NCBI GenBank assembly: GCA_965217035.1
Contig: OZ244226.1
Location: 1,780,146 to 1,844,145 of the forward strand
Origin: Bacteriovoracaceae bacterium
Lineage (GTDB): Bacteria > Bdellovibrionota > Bacteriovoracia > Bacteriovoracales > Bacteriovoracaceae
DNA: 64,000 nucleotides
Direction: 5' to 3'
A model generated the notes under the pieces. That model searched no databases and was not told where the DNA came from. It was given only the letters and a program-made list of their open reading frames with translations. The position numbers and the translations under genes are program-made. How positions within the stretch are numbered: position 1 is the stretch's first letter; every line of letters begins with the position of its first letter. This document shows, one piece after another, positions 21,042-31,961 of the stretch.

Positions 21042-21422
21042 ATGGCACGGATTTTAGGTGTTGACCTTCCAAGAAACAAAGCAATGAAAATTGCTATCCG
21101 TTCACTTTACGGAGTTGGGCCAAAGATTGGAAAAGATGTATTAGAAGCGGCTGGTGTTGATGGAAACATCAATTCTAACGATTTGTCAGAGGATGAAGTT
21201 AGAAAAATCAGAGATGCGCTTGATAGCTACACTGTTGAGGGTGACCTTCGAAGAGAGGTTGGTCTTAACATTAAAAGACTTAAGGACTTGAACTGCTATA
21301 GAGGAATTCGTCATAAAAGAGGATTGCCCGTTAGAGGTCAAAGAACGCATACGAACGCTAGAACAAGAAAAGGGAAAGCGGTTGCTATTGCAGGTAAGAA
21401 ATCAATCAAATCAATGAAGTAA
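21042..21422 (+). CDS. rpsM: 30S ribosomal protein S13
   Basis: [18 protein letters not shown]. Confidence 0.99.
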   Translation: MARILGVDLPRNKAMKIAIRSLYGVGPKIGKDVLEAAGVDGNINSNDLSEDEVRKIRDALDSYTVEGDLRREVGLNIKRLKDLNCYRGIRHKRGLPVRGQRTHTNARTRKGKAVAIAGKKSIKSMK

Positions 21423-21443
21423 TAAACTTTAGAAGAGGATATA

Positions 21444-21833
21444 ATGGCTAAACAAAAGTCGACGACAAAAAAGAAAGTTAAAAAGAACATCCCTCATGCT
21501 ATTTGCCATATTCACGCATCATTTAATAATACGATCGTGACATTTACTGAGCCAAACGGAAACGCAATTTCTTGGGCCAGTGCAGGTGGTTTAGGGTTTA
21601 GAGGTTCTAAGAAATCTACGCCTTTTGCGGCTCAGGTTGCTTCACAAGAAGCTGCTAAAAAAGCAAAGGAACATGGTGTGAGCTCTGTTGATGTTAAGGT
21701 CAAAGGGCCAGGTGCAGGTAGAGAGAATGCGATCAGAGCGCTTCTTGGAATTGGACTTAGAATTAGCTCTGTTGCCGATAAGAGTCCGATCCCTCATAAT
21801 GGGTGTCGCGCACCAAAAAGACGTAGAGTATAA
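21444..21833 (+). CDS. rpsK: 30S ribosomal protein S11
   Basis: [14 protein letters not shown]. Confidence 0.99.
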   Translation: MAKQKSTTKKKVKKNIPHAICHIHASFNNTIVTFTEPNGNAISWASAGGLGFRGSKKSTPFAAQVASQEAAKKAKEHGVSSVDVKVKGPGAGRENAIRALLGIGLRISSVADKSPIPHNGCRAPKRRRV

Positions 21834-21865
21834 GTAAATAATTAAAATAATAAGGAGCTATCACA

Positions 21866-23002
21866 ATGGCTGTTGATACTTTTATGAGCAAAAACTGGGC
21901 AAGCATGATTCGACCTGTAGCCCTTGAAGTTGATAACGATGAACTGACTCAAAAATATGGGAAGTTCGTAGCAAAGCCTCTTGAAAGAGGTTACGGGCTG
22001 ACTCTTGGAAACTCTTTAAGAAGAGTTCTTCTTTCTTCACTCCAGGGCGCAGGTATTGTTGCTATCAGAATCGAAGGAGCTGAGCATGAGTTCAGTACTC
22101 TTTCTAATGTAAAAGAAGAAGTTTCTGAGATTATCCTTAACCTAAAAGAGTTAAAATTTAAGTTAATCGATAAAGAACAAGTGACTTTGACTCTTGAGAA
22201 AAATACAGAAGGACCAGTACTTGCTGGTGAAATTTCTGAAAATCCAAATGTTAAAATTCTTAACCCTGAGCATGTTATTTGTAACCTTTCTGCAGGTGCA
22301 AACCTTAAGATTGAGATTGTTGTTGCTCGTGGAAAAGGATACGTAACAGCACTTGATAATAAAGAGAATGTTGAGCTTCCTGTTGGTTGGATTTATGTTG
22401 ATACTCTTTATTCTCCAGTTCAAAGGGTTAACTACACAGTGACTAACTCGAGGGTTGGTAAGAGAACTGACTTCGACAAACTTACGCTTGAAGTTTGGAC
22501 AAACGCCGGTGTTGATCCGGTTGATGCTGTTTCTCTTTCTGCTAAGATTCTTAGAGATCAGTTAACGGTCTTCTTGAACTTTGAAGATGAAGATACTCCA
22601 GTAGAAGTGAGCAAGCCATCTCATCAAATTACAGCAGCGACTGCATCTAACCCAACTAATGATGCTCTTCTTAAGCCTGTTTCTGAGCTTGAACTTTCTG
22701 TTCGTTCTGCAAACTGCTTACAGAATGCAAATATCAAATACATCTACGAACTTGTTTCTAAAACAGAAGGAGAGATGTTAAGAACAAAAAACTTTGGACG
22801 GAAGTCTCTTAATGAAATTAAAGAGATTCTTACAAATATGGGACTTGGTCTTGGTATGAAGGTTGATAGCATTATGAAAAATGTGCAAGGAGGAGCTGCT
22901 CCTTCTCAACCAATAGCACCACAGCCAGCTCAACCTGTACAACCTCAAAGTCCACTTGGAGGTGGATTCGGCGACTCAGGATTTGGAGACGAGGAGAACT
23001 AA
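21866..23002 (+). CDS. rpoA: RNA polymerase alpha subunit with C-terminal Pro/Gln/Gly-rich tail
   Basis: [37 protein letters not shown]. Confidence 0.99.
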   Translation: MAVDTFMSKNWASMIRPVALEVDNDELTQKYGKFVAKPLERGYGLTLGNSLRRVLLSSLQGAGIVAIRIEGAEHEFSTLSNVKEEVSEIILNLKELKFKLIDKEQVTLTLEKNTEGPVLAGEISENPNVKILNPEHVICNLSAGANLKIEIVVARGKGYVTALDNKENVELPVGWIYVDTLYSPVQRVNYTVTNSRVGKRTDFDKLTLEVWTNAGVDPVDAVSLSAKILRDQLTVFLNFEDEDTPVEVSKPSHQITAATASNPTNDALLKPVSELELSVRSANCLQNANIKYIYELVSKTEGEMLRTKNFGRKSLNEIKEILTNMGLGLGMKVDSIMKNVQGGAAPSQPIAPQPAQPVQPQSPLGGGFGDSGFGDEEN

Positions 23003-23004
23003 GA

Positions 23005-23361
23005 ATGAGACATAAAAAACATCAAAACAAACTCAATGTGAGTCCTTCTCACCGTAAGTCATTGATGAAGAATCTTGCTTCTGAAATCATTGATCATGGA
23101 AAAATTAAAACGACTCATGCAAAGTCTAAAGCTATCAAGCCATATGTTGAGAAACTTGTGACTCTTGCTAAGAATGATACTGTTGCGAATAGAAGACTTG
23201 CGTTTAAGAAGCTTAACAATAAAGCAGCTGTAACAAAGCTCTTTGCTGAAGTTGGTCCTAAGTTTAAAGAAAGAAACGGTGGATACACTAGAATTGTTAA
23301 ACTTGCTGACGGTAGAGTCGGAGATGCTGCTAAGATGAGCTACATCTCTTTTGTAGACTAA
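23005..23361 (+). CDS. rplQ: 50S ribosomal protein L17
   Basis: MRHKK, GGYTRI. Confidence 0.98.
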   Translation: MRHKKHQNKLNVSPSHRKSLMKNLASEIIDHGKIKTTHAKSKAIKPYVEKLVTLAKNDTVANRRLAFKKLNNKAAVTKLFAEVGPKFKERNGGYTRIVKLADGRVGDAAKMSYISFVD

Positions 23362-23367
23362 AAAGTT

Positions 23368-23955
23368 ATGCTTAAAAGATTTTTAATTATAGGGGCCACA
23401 TTACTTGTGGCCTTTTTTTATGCTTATTGGAGTTACCAAACTGTTCAAGTTCAAAGGGGGCGTGTTAGTGGAGAGCTTGGCTCCGTTAATAAAGGTTTAG
23501 TCTTAAAGCAGTTGCCGGATACAAGCTTCGAAGACCTTGCTGGAGAGGAAGCTTCTCTAAGAAAAATAGCAGCAGATTCAACTGAAAAAAATCTTTATAT
23601 TCATTTTTGGGGAACCTGGTGTGCTCCTTGTGAAGCTGAGTTCCCAGAGCTTTTAAAGTTTATTCAAAAAACGGATAAATTAAAAAATAAATTCTTGCTT
23701 GTTGCTATTAACGATGAAGTTCCAAAGGTTAATAAGTTTCTTGATCGTTATAAATCGATTATGACGAAGTTGAACATTCAAGTTCTTATCGATAATGATG
23801 GAAAGTATTTCAAAAGATTTGGAACGGCGAAGGTCCCTGAAACTTACGTGTTTGAATCTAAAACATTTAATGCGATTGAAAAATTTACTGGTCCTCAAAA
23901 CTGGTTGGGCAACTATTATATTAAATTCTCTCAGGCTCTTGATAAGAACTATTAA
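23368..23955 (+). CDS. Membrane-anchored TlpA/ResA-family thiol-disulfide oxidoreductase
   Basis: N-terminal TM segment, HFWGTWCAPC, VPET cis-Pro motif. Confidence 0.9.
   Translation: MLKRFLIIGATLLVAFFYAYWSYQTVQVQRGRVSGELGSVNKGLVLKQLPDTSFEDLAGEEASLRKIAADSTEKNLYIHFWGTWCAPCEAEFPELLKFIQKTDKLKNKFLLVAINDEVPKVNKFLDRYKSIMTKLNIQVLIDNDGKYFKRFGTAKVPETYVFESKTFNAIEKFTGPQNWLGNYYIKFSQALDKNY
23393..23419 (+). terminator. Intrinsic terminator for the r-protein operon, inside the tlpA-like CDS
   Basis: GGCCACA-ttact-TGTGGCC-TTTTTTT about 30 nt after the rplQ stop. Confidence 0.65.
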
Positions 23956-24793
23956 GGCTTATTGGAAAAAGATTTAAATCAAACTGATAAAGTATCGTCT
24001 CCTTTGGATTATAGTTTTTTCTTGAAACGGCTTCTTTTTCGTAATACTCAAAACTGTTCCTTAAAGCAAAAATTTTCTTTTTAATTTCTTCGAAATCGTC
24101 ACGATGGACTTTAAAAAAACCTGAATTAACAGTTCCTTTTTTTTGAACGAGACCAAGGTTATCTATATATGAAATGAGATTAGTCGCATATTCTTTATGT
24201 ACAAGCATACCCCTCCTGGATCCAGGTTCGTCTAAGAATCTATTTGTTGTTCCAATTCTCCAAAGGTTTTCCTCTCTATTATAAAAAATGACTTTTTCTT
24301 CTTGCAAAAAATTTAATTTCTCCTCTATTTCTTTATGAGTTAATTTCAATGTATACAACTCTTCTTGTATTTTCTCTGTTTTGATCTTTCCTTTGTACAT
24401 TTCAATTATTTCTACAATTGCAATGCATTTTATATCATAAACGATTTTAGAATAGTCAGGAAGAGGAGAGACTCGAGATGTTGAATCATAGTTTGTTTCT
24501 AGTTTCTTTTTTGAATATTCTTTTAAATCTTCATTTTTACTATTTTTTAAAATCAACAAAATAAAGTAATCTGTGTCAATTGTATCTAATTCTAAAAATT
24601 TTGCGAGTTCTACTGCTCTTGACATTGAAAGTTCTTTTCTTTTGTTTATCACATCATGGTAAAGAGAATGAGGCCAATTAAGTTTATTGGCAATATAACG
24701 AAAGCTAAAGTGAGGCTTTTGCTTATTTGTTTCATAATAATCCTTCATAAAGAGACGATAATCATCGTAATTTCTGATACTTAGTTTTTTCAT
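23921..24793 (-). CDS. TIGR02147/DUF4423-family protein (HTH-containing, expanded in Bdellovibrionota and Fibrobacter)
   Basis: YDDYRLFMKDYY..K..PHFSFRYIA N-terminus and YQFDLNLFP C-terminus. Start set at ATG 24793 (the track uses TTG 24853). Confidence 0.8.
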   Translation of the reverse strand: MKKLSIRNYDDYRLFMKDYYETNKQKPHFSFRYIANKLNWPHSLYHDVINKRKELSMSRAVELAKFLELDTIDTDYFILLILKNSKNEDLKEYSKKKLETNYDSTSRVSPLPDYSKIVYDIKCIAIVEIIEMYKGKIKTEKIQEELYTLKLTHKEIEEKLNFLQEEKVIFYNREENLWRIGTTNRFLDEPGSRRGMLVHKEYATNLISYIDNLGLVQKKGTVNSGFFKVHRDDFEEIKKKIFALRNSFEYYEKEAVSRKNYNPKETILYQFDLNLFPISLNSSYQEPERI

Positions 24794-24958
24794 GCATAAA
24801 TTAGATGAGATTCTAGAACAAAGTGCAAGGCTAATTTTTTTCTCTGTACTCAAGAGTAGAACACAATTATTACAAGGTTTTAAGAGCCTGATTGTAGTGG
24901 ACTTGGAATAACTCTAGAATAAATTAAGCTTTTAATTTTAAAAAAAAAGGAGAAAAAA

Positions 24959-25363
24959 ATGAAGAGCATTTTATGTGTACTATTAATCGGATTAACATCA
25001 AATCTTTATGCCTGTTTAGGAGGGCAAGCTCAATTAGCTAATGGACAAATCTTTTTAACTGCTGAAAGGATGTCTCTTGAGGGAGGAATGATAGAGGCAA
25101 GTTTAAATACAATTGATGCTTTAGAAAATGATCAAATGGTTGGAACATCTTATACTAATAAAGAAGGTGAGCTTAAATATGTCGAAGTAAAAGTTGCTTA
25201 TGTAGAGAAAGACAACGGTGGAATTATTTATACAGTGTATGAAATTTCAAATAGTGAGGATGAACCTTATTACATTAAGGTTGAGAGCAATTATATGGGT
25301 AATGGAATCAGAGCAAAGGGATTGAAGCCTTATTTTGATATTTCAGAAACTTTTGGATGCTAG
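24959..25363 (+). CDS. Exported hypothetical protein
   Basis: AAGGAG SD, signal peptide ending LYA. Mature chain starts and ends with Cys. Confidence 0.7.
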   Translation: MKSILCVLLIGLTSNLYACLGGQAQLANGQIFLTAERMSLEGGMIEASLNTIDALENDQMVGTSYTNKEGELKYVEVKVAYVEKDNGGIIYTVYEISNSEDEPYYIKVESNYMGNGIRAKGLKPYFDISETFGC

Positions 25364-25422
25364 TTTTTCTATAATGAAAAAGTATTAAATATTAAGAAAA
25401 AACTATGGTTTATTTTTAATAT

Positions 25423-25893
25423 TTAATACTTTTTACAATAAACTTCATACTTATTTCGAATTTGCGCAGTAGAATCGGCATTATTTTCAAGAAGACTAAT
25501 TTGTCCACTTCCGTCTTGAGTCTCTATATCAAGAGAGAGTTTTATTCTAAAGTCTGGAACTCTTTTGAGAATTTTAGTAAGAATTGCTCTTGCAATGAAG
25601 TTATTTTGAAATCGACTTTTTGCTTTTATTTTAAGAACATCTTTATTTTCTGTTACTTTATAATTATTAAGTTCTTGAGAAAGAACTTTTCCTTGGTACT
25701 TCATTCTTATAAGAGCGAAGCTCGCACCTTTGTCTCTATGTTTTCCAGGAGCAAAGAGATCTTTCTTAAGCATGGGGCTCAAGACAAATACTCTTTGAAA
25801 GTCCTCTGTTACACATTTAAGAAATTGTGACCCATAAGAATGTGCACTGAATAATAAACTGAATACTAAAACTTTTAACACTTTATTTGTCAT
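25423..25893 (-). CDS. Exported hypothetical protein
   Basis: GGGAGGAG SD before ATG 25893. Signal peptide MTNKVLKVLVFSLLFSAHSYG. Confidence 0.65.
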   Translation of the reverse strand: MTNKVLKVLVFSLLFSAHSYGSQFLKCVTEDFQRVFVLSPMLKKDLFAPGKHRDKGASFALIRMKYQGKVLSQELNNYKVTENKDVLKIKAKSRFQNNFIARAILTKILKRVPDFRIKLSLDIETQDGSGQISLLENNADSTAQIRNKYEVYCKKY

Positions 25894-26051
25894 GAGCTCC
25901 TCCCTTGAAGGAAACCTTGGATAGTGTTTTACCACATTTACAGAGTGTGAAATAAATAGTTGAAAAAAATACTCGGAGGTTAAGTGCTTGAAATTACGGT
26001 ATTTCATGCTGACTTTTGTCTTTCTAATCCCTTAAAAAGCTTATTTTTGTG

Positions 26052-26079
26052 TAAAGAATTTGATCATTCCAGACGATAA
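26052..26079 (+). promoter_or_regulatory. Putative sigma-28 (FliA)-type promoter
   Basis: TAAA-N16-GACGATAA ending 44 nt before the activator ATG. Confidence 0.45.
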
Positions 26080-26123
26080 GAGATTTAAGAACGTTAAAAG
26101 ATTTAACACACAGAGAGGGCAAA

Positions 26124-27692
26124 ATGCTTAATTGGGATACGATTAAAGATTTACATGTAATCCAAAAACTCCAAGAAGTGCTTGGTAAATGGTTTTCAAT
26201 TGACATGATTTTTGTTGATGAATTCGGAAAAGTTCAAAACTTCTTCGATTCTGGAAACTATGAATTTAAATCTTATCTTTTTAAGACTCAATGGTTATCC
26301 GGAAAAGGGAAAGACTTTATTAAGCAAGATGTTGAAGAAGCGATTAACCAACTCAATGGAAGTGGTGAGTCGGTTGTCGAATTTTCTACCTTCTTCCCTC
26401 ATGTTAAGGCCATGATCTGTGAAGTGAAGGTTGATAATGCTTGTGTGGGTTACGTTGTTGCTTATTGCTATGCTGATGGGAACTTCACTGATAAAGATGG
26501 AGCTCAATTAGTAGAGAAGATGGTTGCGAATGGATATCTAGAAGAAGAGGCCGAACTTGCTTCTAAAAAGATTTCTAGAATGGAAAACTATCAAATTGAA
26601 TATTTGAAGGAACTTTTAACTCTCTATTCAGATGAAATTGGTACATATCAATCTGAAATTGTGAAAAGAGAAGAAACAATTAGAGAGTTAAACTCTGAGG
26701 TGAGTAATAAATATCGATATCATACAATGATTGGGAAATCGAAGAAGATGCAGCAGATTTATGCTCTTCTTGAAAAGATCTCTGACACAGAATCAACAAT
26801 CCTTATTCAAGGGGAAAACGGTACAGGTAAGGAACTTGTGGCGAAAGCGATTCACTATAATTCAAAAAGAAAAGACAAGCTTTTTATTGCGCAAAACTGT
26901 TCGGCTTTTAATGATAACCTTCTTGATTCTGAACTTTTTGGTCATGTGAAGGGAGCCTTTACTGGAGCAGTGAAGGATAAAAAAGGTCTTTTTGAGACAG
27001 CAGATGGTGGAACTTTATTCCTTGATGAGATCGGAGATACTTCGTTAACAATGCAAGTTAAACTACTCCGTGTTCTTCAAGAAGGAACTTTTCTTCCTGT
27101 TGGATCAACGACTCCGAAAAAGGTTAATGTGCGAGTTATTGCAGCAACAAATAAGCCTCTTAAAGAGATGATTGCAAGAGGTGAGTTTAGAGAAGACCTT
27201 TATTATAGAATCAACGTTATTAACGTGACTCTTCCACCTCTTAGGGAAAGAAAAGAAGATATTCCACTTCTTATTGAGCATTTTCTTGAGAAAAGATGTG
27301 CAGAGAAGGATCTTGCCCTTAAAACATTTTCTAAAAAATGTATGGAAAAGATGCTCGATTATACTTGGTCAGGAAATATTAGAGAGTTAGAAAATGAAGT
27401 TGAAAGACTTGTGGTTCTTGCGGGTGATGACAATGTAATCACTCCTGAACTTCTCAGTCCTAGAATTCTTGAAAAGACAGGAGGAACAGCTCCAGCTGGA
27501 CTTAAAGGAATTAACACAGGTGGAACTTTAAGAGAAGCACTTGAAGAACTTGAAAGCTATATGATTAAAGAAGGTCTCAAACGGACAAACTTTAATAAGT
27601 CGAAGCTTGCAAAGGAGCTCGGTATTTCGAGGGCGGGTCTAATTATGAAGGTTGAGAAGTACGGCCTTGATAAGCGGAAGAAAGCTTCTTAA
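26124..27692 (+). CDS. Sigma-54-dependent enhancer-binding protein with N-terminal PocR-like sensor domain
   Basis: [29 protein letters not shown] and a Fis-type HTH. PocR call is from the N-terminal pattern only. Confidence 0.9.
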   Translation: MLNWDTIKDLHVIQKLQEVLGKWFSIDMIFVDEFGKVQNFFDSGNYEFKSYLFKTQWLSGKGKDFIKQDVEEAINQLNGSGESVVEFSTFFPHVKAMICEVKVDNACVGYVVAYCYADGNFTDKDGAQLVEKMVANGYLEEEAELASKKISRMENYQIEYLKELLTLYSDEIGTYQSEIVKREETIRELNSEVSNKYRYHTMIGKSKKMQQIYALLEKISDTESTILIQGENGTGKELVAKAIHYNSKRKDKLFIAQNCSAFNDNLLDSELFGHVKGAFTGAVKDKKGLFETADGGTLFLDEIGDTSLTMQVKLLRVLQEGTFLPVGSTTPKKVNVRVIAATNKPLKEMIARGEFREDLYYRINVINVTLPPLRERKEDIPLLIEHFLEKRCAEKDLALKTFSKKCMEKMLDYTWSGNIRELENEVERLVVLAGDDNVITPELLSPRILEKTGGTAPAGLKGINTGGTLREALEELESYMIKEGLKRTNFNKSKLAKELGISRAGLIMKVEKYGLDKRKKAS

Positions 27693-27724
27693 AATCATAG
27701 ATTAGTATTGAGATTTTATATATT

Positions 27725-27751
27725 AGGCGGTTCTCAAAACCGCCTTTTTTT
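27725..27751 (+). terminator. Intrinsic terminator
   Basis: AGGCGGTT-ctcaa-AACCGCCT-TTTTTT. Confidence 0.85.
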
Positions 27752-27821
27752 ATGCCTCTATCCTTGTCTAGAAGGTGAAATCTATATATCTATAGAGAAA
27801 ATTTAGACAAGGAATCCCTTT

Positions 27822-29384
27822 ATGACGGAAAGCGCAAACTTGGGAAGAGCACTTCTCGATGAAAAGAATAAATTAGCAGAACTTGGTGGTGGTGAAGCAA
27901 GAATAGCGAAACAACACGATCAAGGAAAATATACTGCCAGAGAACGAATTAACAGACTGCTTGATCCAGGTACATTCATGGAGTTTGATAAGTTTGTTAC
28001 TCATAGAATCTCAAATTTTGGAATGGATAAAAATAAGTTCCTGGGCGATGGAGTTGTTACAGGGGTTGGCCGAATCAATGGAAACCAAATTGCTGTTTTT
28101 TCACAAGACTTTACTTGTTGGGGAGGAGCACTTGGAGGAGCTTATGCCAAGAAAATCTGCAAAATTATGGATTATGCTTTAGCAAATCGAATTCCTGTTA
28201 TTGGCATTAACGACTCCGGTGGAGCAAGAATTCAAGAGGGTGTCGAATCACTTGCGGGCTATGCTGAGATTTTTCACCGAAATGTTCAGTGTTCGGGAGT
28301 TATTCCACAGATTTCTTTAATCATGGGACCTTGTGCTGGTGGGGCGGTTTATTCTCCTGCCATGACTGATTATATTTTTATGGTGGATCAAACGTCTTAT
28401 ATGTTTGTAACCGGACCAGATGTCATTAAAACAGTGACTCATGAAGAGGTTACAAAGGATGAATTGGGTGGAGCTCAAACCCATAATGAGAAATCTGGAG
28501 TTGCTCATTTTATGTGTAAAGATGAAGACGATTGTTTTGAACGAACAAGAGAGCTTCTTTTCTTTATATCAAATTCAAATGAGTCGAAACCTGAAGTTAT
28601 AAAAACCTCTGACCCCATTTCAAGACAAAATACGAAGCTAAAAGACTTTATCCCTGATAACTCTAAAAAACCTTATGATATGAAGGAAATCATTGAAGAG
28701 ATTATTGATGAGAAACATTTCCTTGAAGTTCAAGGGATGTATGCACAAAACATTATCTGTGGTCTTGCAAAAATAGGTGGAAGGTCTATTGGGATTGTAG
28801 CTAATCAGCCCCAGGTTCTTGCAGGAGTTCTTGATATAAACTCCTCGACAAAAGCAGCTCGATTTATTCGATTTTGCGATTGTTTTAATATTCCTCTTCT
28901 GACGCTCGTGGATGTTCCCGGATTTCTTCCTGGCACAGTTCAAGAGTATGGTGGAATTATTAAACATGGAGCAAAACTGCTTTACGCTTTTAGTGAAGCG
29001 ACAGTTCCAATGATTACATTGATCACGAGAAAAGCTTATGGTGGAGCGTATGATGTCATGGCTTCAAAACATATTAGAGCAGATATCAACTTAGCCTTTC
29101 CTCGAGCTGAAATTGCAGTTATGGGAGCCGATGGGGCTGTTAATATTATTTTTAGAAATGAATTAAAAGGCTTGAACGGAAAAGATTTTGATGCCAAAAA
29201 AGAAGAGCTTGTCGAAAATTATGAAAGAGAGTTCAATAACCCTTATAAAGCAGCGGAGCTTGGGTATTTAGATGAAATCATTTATCCAGAGGAAACTCGT
29301 TATAAAATTCATCAGTATTTAGTCTCTCTAGAAAATAAGAAAGTGCATCGTCCTACTCGTAAACATGGGAATATTCCATTATGA
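27822..29384 (+). CDS. pccB: Acyl-CoA (propionyl-CoA-type) carboxylase carboxyltransferase beta subunit
   Basis: [37 protein letters not shown]. Confidence 0.9.
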   Translation: MTESANLGRALLDEKNKLAELGGGEARIAKQHDQGKYTARERINRLLDPGTFMEFDKFVTHRISNFGMDKNKFLGDGVVTGVGRINGNQIAVFSQDFTCWGGALGGAYAKKICKIMDYALANRIPVIGINDSGGARIQEGVESLAGYAEIFHRNVQCSGVIPQISLIMGPCAGGAVYSPAMTDYIFMVDQTSYMFVTGPDVIKTVTHEEVTKDELGGAQTHNEKSGVAHFMCKDEDDCFERTRELLFFISNSNESKPEVIKTSDPISRQNTKLKDFIPDNSKKPYDMKEIIEEIIDEKHFLEVQGMYAQNIICGLAKIGGRSIGIVANQPQVLAGVLDINSSTKAARFIRFCDCFNIPLLTLVDVPGFLPGTVQEYGGIIKHGAKLLYAFSEATVPMITLITRKAYGGAYDVMASKHIRADINLAFPRAEIAVMGADGAVNIIFRNELKGLNGKDFDAKKEELVENYEREFNNPYKAAELGYLDEIIYPEETRYKIHQYLVSLENKKVHRPTRKHGNIPL

Positions 29385-30805
29385 AAAAGCGTATCTTAAT
29401 TGTTAATAGGGGAGAAATTGCAATTCGTGTAGCGAAAGCAATTAGAGAGTTGGGGCATACTGCAGTTGGCGTATGGACAGATAATGAATCAGAAGCTTCT
29501 CACTTAGCCTTTTGTCATGAATGGATCCATCTTCCAGGAAATACAAATACAGAAACCTATTTGAATATTCCAAAAATCATTGAACTTATAAAAGAGCATA
29601 AGATTGATGCTGTTCATCCGGGTTATGGTTTTCTTTCTGAGAATGCGAATTTTGTTCGAGCTTTGAAAGAGGTAAATTGTTTATTTATTGGGCCACACGC
29701 TGAGGCCATCCATTCTATGGGTGATAAAGCTGAATCTAAAAAAATTGCAAAAGATGCAGGTGTTCCGACTGTTCCAGGTTCTGTTGGAGAAATTCCTACC
29801 GTTGAAGAGGCAAAAAAGGTTGCTAATGAAATAGGTTATCCTGTTCTTCTTAAGGCCGTCGCTGGTGGCGGTGGAAAAGGAATGAGAGTTTGTAATTCAG
29901 AGGAAGAACTTATATCAAACTTTGAAGTCGTTAAAAGAGAGTCTTTGAGTTCTTTTGGCAATGATGGACTTCTTGTTGAGAAGTTTATTACTGATCCTCA
30001 TCATATTGAGGTTCAAATTCTTGCTGATAAAAAAGGGAATGTCTTTCATTTCTTTGAAAGGGAATGCTCGGTGCAAAGGCGTCATCAAAAAGTAGTTGAA
30101 GAAGCCCCTTCTCCCTTTATTGGAACTGATCATGATGTCAGAGAGAAAATTTGTGAAACTGCCGTCCAGCTTGCTAAGGCCGTTGATTATGACTCAGCAG
30201 GTACTGTTGAATTCATTATGGATGCAGATAAGTCATTTTACTTTCTAGAAATGAATACAAGAATTCAAGTTGAGCACCCTATCACTGAGGAAGTGACTGG
30301 AGTTGATCTTCTTTCTAATATGATTAAAGTTGCTTTGGAAGAAGAGCTTGATTTTAAATCACAAGATGAAATTACTCTTAGGGGTCATTCAATAGAGTGT
30401 CGAATTTGTGCAGAAGATCCGGTAACAATGCTTCCTGCTCCAGGTGTCGTTAATAATTTTCACTGGGATGCTTTCCCTGGTGTTCGTTTTGATCATTGCC
30501 TTTATCCTGGAATTGAGATAACTCCTGACTTTGACCCAATGGTTGGAAAATTGATTGCAACAGGAAGAAATCGTGATGTCGCAATGAGGAAAATGAAAAC
30601 GGCTTTAGAGAATGTTCATATTTATGGGCTCAAAAATAATATTCCTCTTCATAAAGAAATTTTTAAAGATGAAACTTTCCAGTCAGGAGTCTACTCGACG
30701 AAATATTTAGAAGTTGTTCGTCCACAGGATAAAGTTCAAACAGAACCAACTATTGAAAGCTTAAAGGCATGCTTCTTATCGGTTGCTTTTCAGGAGGTTC
30801 AATAA
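29381..30805 (+). CDS. Biotin carboxylase subunit
   Basis: [34 protein letters not shown]. Confidence 0.95.
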   Translation: MKKRILIVNRGEIAIRVAKAIRELGHTAVGVWTDNESEASHLAFCHEWIHLPGNTNTETYLNIPKIIELIKEHKIDAVHPGYGFLSENANFVRALKEVNCLFIGPHAEAIHSMGDKAESKKIAKDAGVPTVPGSVGEIPTVEEAKKVANEIGYPVLLKAVAGGGGKGMRVCNSEEELISNFEVVKRESLSSFGNDGLLVEKFITDPHHIEVQILADKKGNVFHFFERECSVQRRHQKVVEEAPSPFIGTDHDVREKICETAVQLAKAVDYDSAGTVEFIMDADKSFYFLEMNTRIQVEHPITEEVTGVDLLSNMIKVALEEELDFKSQDEITLRGHSIECRICAEDPVTMLPAPGVVNNFHWDAFPGVRFDHCLYPGIEITPDFDPMVGKLIATGRNRDVAMRKMKTALENVHIYGLKNNIPLHKEIFKDETFQSGVYSTKYLEVVRPQDKVQTEPTIESLKACFLSVAFQEVQ

Positions 30806-31284
30806 TGAAGTTTTATCTAAAGGATTCAAATGGACAGTTTACTGGAAATTTCTTTGAAGAAGGAGGTCAATATTATATTGAAATAGATAAGGAAAAAACT
30901 CCTATCTATATCCGTTCAATTAGTGGAAAGACCTTTTATAGTTTTGATAATAAACAATGGAATCTTTTATTATCAAATAATAATGGGAGTAAATTTATCT
31001 TTAATAATAGAGACTTAAGTGTTTATAACGGTTTTCTTCCCTCTGGAGGAAGCGGTGATGGATTAGGAAGCCTTGTTACTCAGATGCCTGGTAAAATTAT
31101 CAAAGTTCTTATAAGGCCTAATCAAGAGGTCAAAAAAGGTGAGACACTTTTAATCCTTGAGGCCATGAAAATGGAAAATGAAATCAAGGCAGGGATTGAT
31201 GCAACTGTAAAAGCCATTCACGTGAAAGCAGGAGACAGTATAGACGCTGGTCACTTGATGATTGAGCTTGAAACTCAGGAATAA
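30805..31284 (+). CDS. Biotin carboxyl carrier protein
   Basis: EAMKMENE biotinylation motif. ATG overlaps the upstream TAA. Confidence 0.92.
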   Translation: MKFYLKDSNGQFTGNFFEEGGQYYIEIDKEKTPIYIRSISGKTFYSFDNKQWNLLLSNNNGSKFIFNNRDLSVYNGFLPSGGSGDGLGSLVTQMPGKIIKVLIRPNQEVKKGETLLILEAMKMENEIKAGIDATVKAIHVKAGDSIDAGHLMIELETQE

Positions 31285-31342
31285 TTGCACTTTCATTCCT
31301 CAACTCTGACCTATGGTATAATAAAGTGGAGAAGGAGGAAGC

Positions 31343-31915
31343 TTGGCAGAAGATAAGAAGCAGATTATTAGCAAGGCCAGTTTGAAAGAATACTTTTTTT
31401 CTAGCCTTGATCAAATCAATTCAGAAATTTTAAGCCCAGTACCAAGGGAGTTTATCTTTTACTCTAGTGATGTTCTGGAGAATTACTCTTCATCTGAAAA
31501 GTTTAATGATGACAAACCATTAGGCGTAAAGATGATGGAACTCTCACGTGCGGATATGAAAGAAAAGAAGAAAGGTTTCAAAGAGATTGGGGATAAATCA
31601 TTACTCATGAGTAGTTACTATTCCGGATCAGTAGAAAGAAGTATCGTTGATAAGTCCTACTACGTTCAATTGGGGAAAACCGCTTATAATAATCTCAATA
31701 ATATCAAGCCTGATTGTTTTGATATCCCTAGTTTTTTTGAACAACTCTCTGAGCATTTTGAAATTCTCGCTGCGCTTTGTCTTAGACTTTCACTTGAGGT
31801 TAATACGGCCAATGAAGAAGAATATCTTCTAAAGCTTCTAGAGTTGGAGGATTCATTGAGTTATGTCGAAAAACTCATCTTGAAGTTAGACAATCCCAAA
31901 CTAAAGGCTTCTTAA
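31343..31915 (+). CDS. Conserved hypothetical helical protein
   Basis: TTG start with AAGGAGG SD, KEIGDKSL and YYVQLGKTAY motifs. Confidence 0.7.
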   Translation: MAEDKKQIISKASLKEYFFSSLDQINSEILSPVPREFIFYSSDVLENYSSSEKFNDDKPLGVKMMELSRADMKEKKKGFKEIGDKSLLMSSYYSGSVERSIVDKSYYVQLGKTAYNNLNNIKPDCFDIPSFFEQLSEHFEILAALCLRLSLEVNTANEEEYLLKLLELEDSLSYVEKLILKLDNPKLKAS

Positions 31916-31961
31916 AGCTCATTTCCCCTGTTAAACTTTTGAGAAATTAACAGGAGTCGTT

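Noticed and set aside
8395..22423. Short antisense or out-of-frame ORFs across tuf and the ribosomal cluster
   Set aside because: They lie entirely within well-supported conserved genes.
27693..27821. Sigma-54 promoter linking the activator to the carboxylase operon
   Set aside because: No TGGC-N8/9-TGC (-24/-12) motif found, and a terminator separates the genes.
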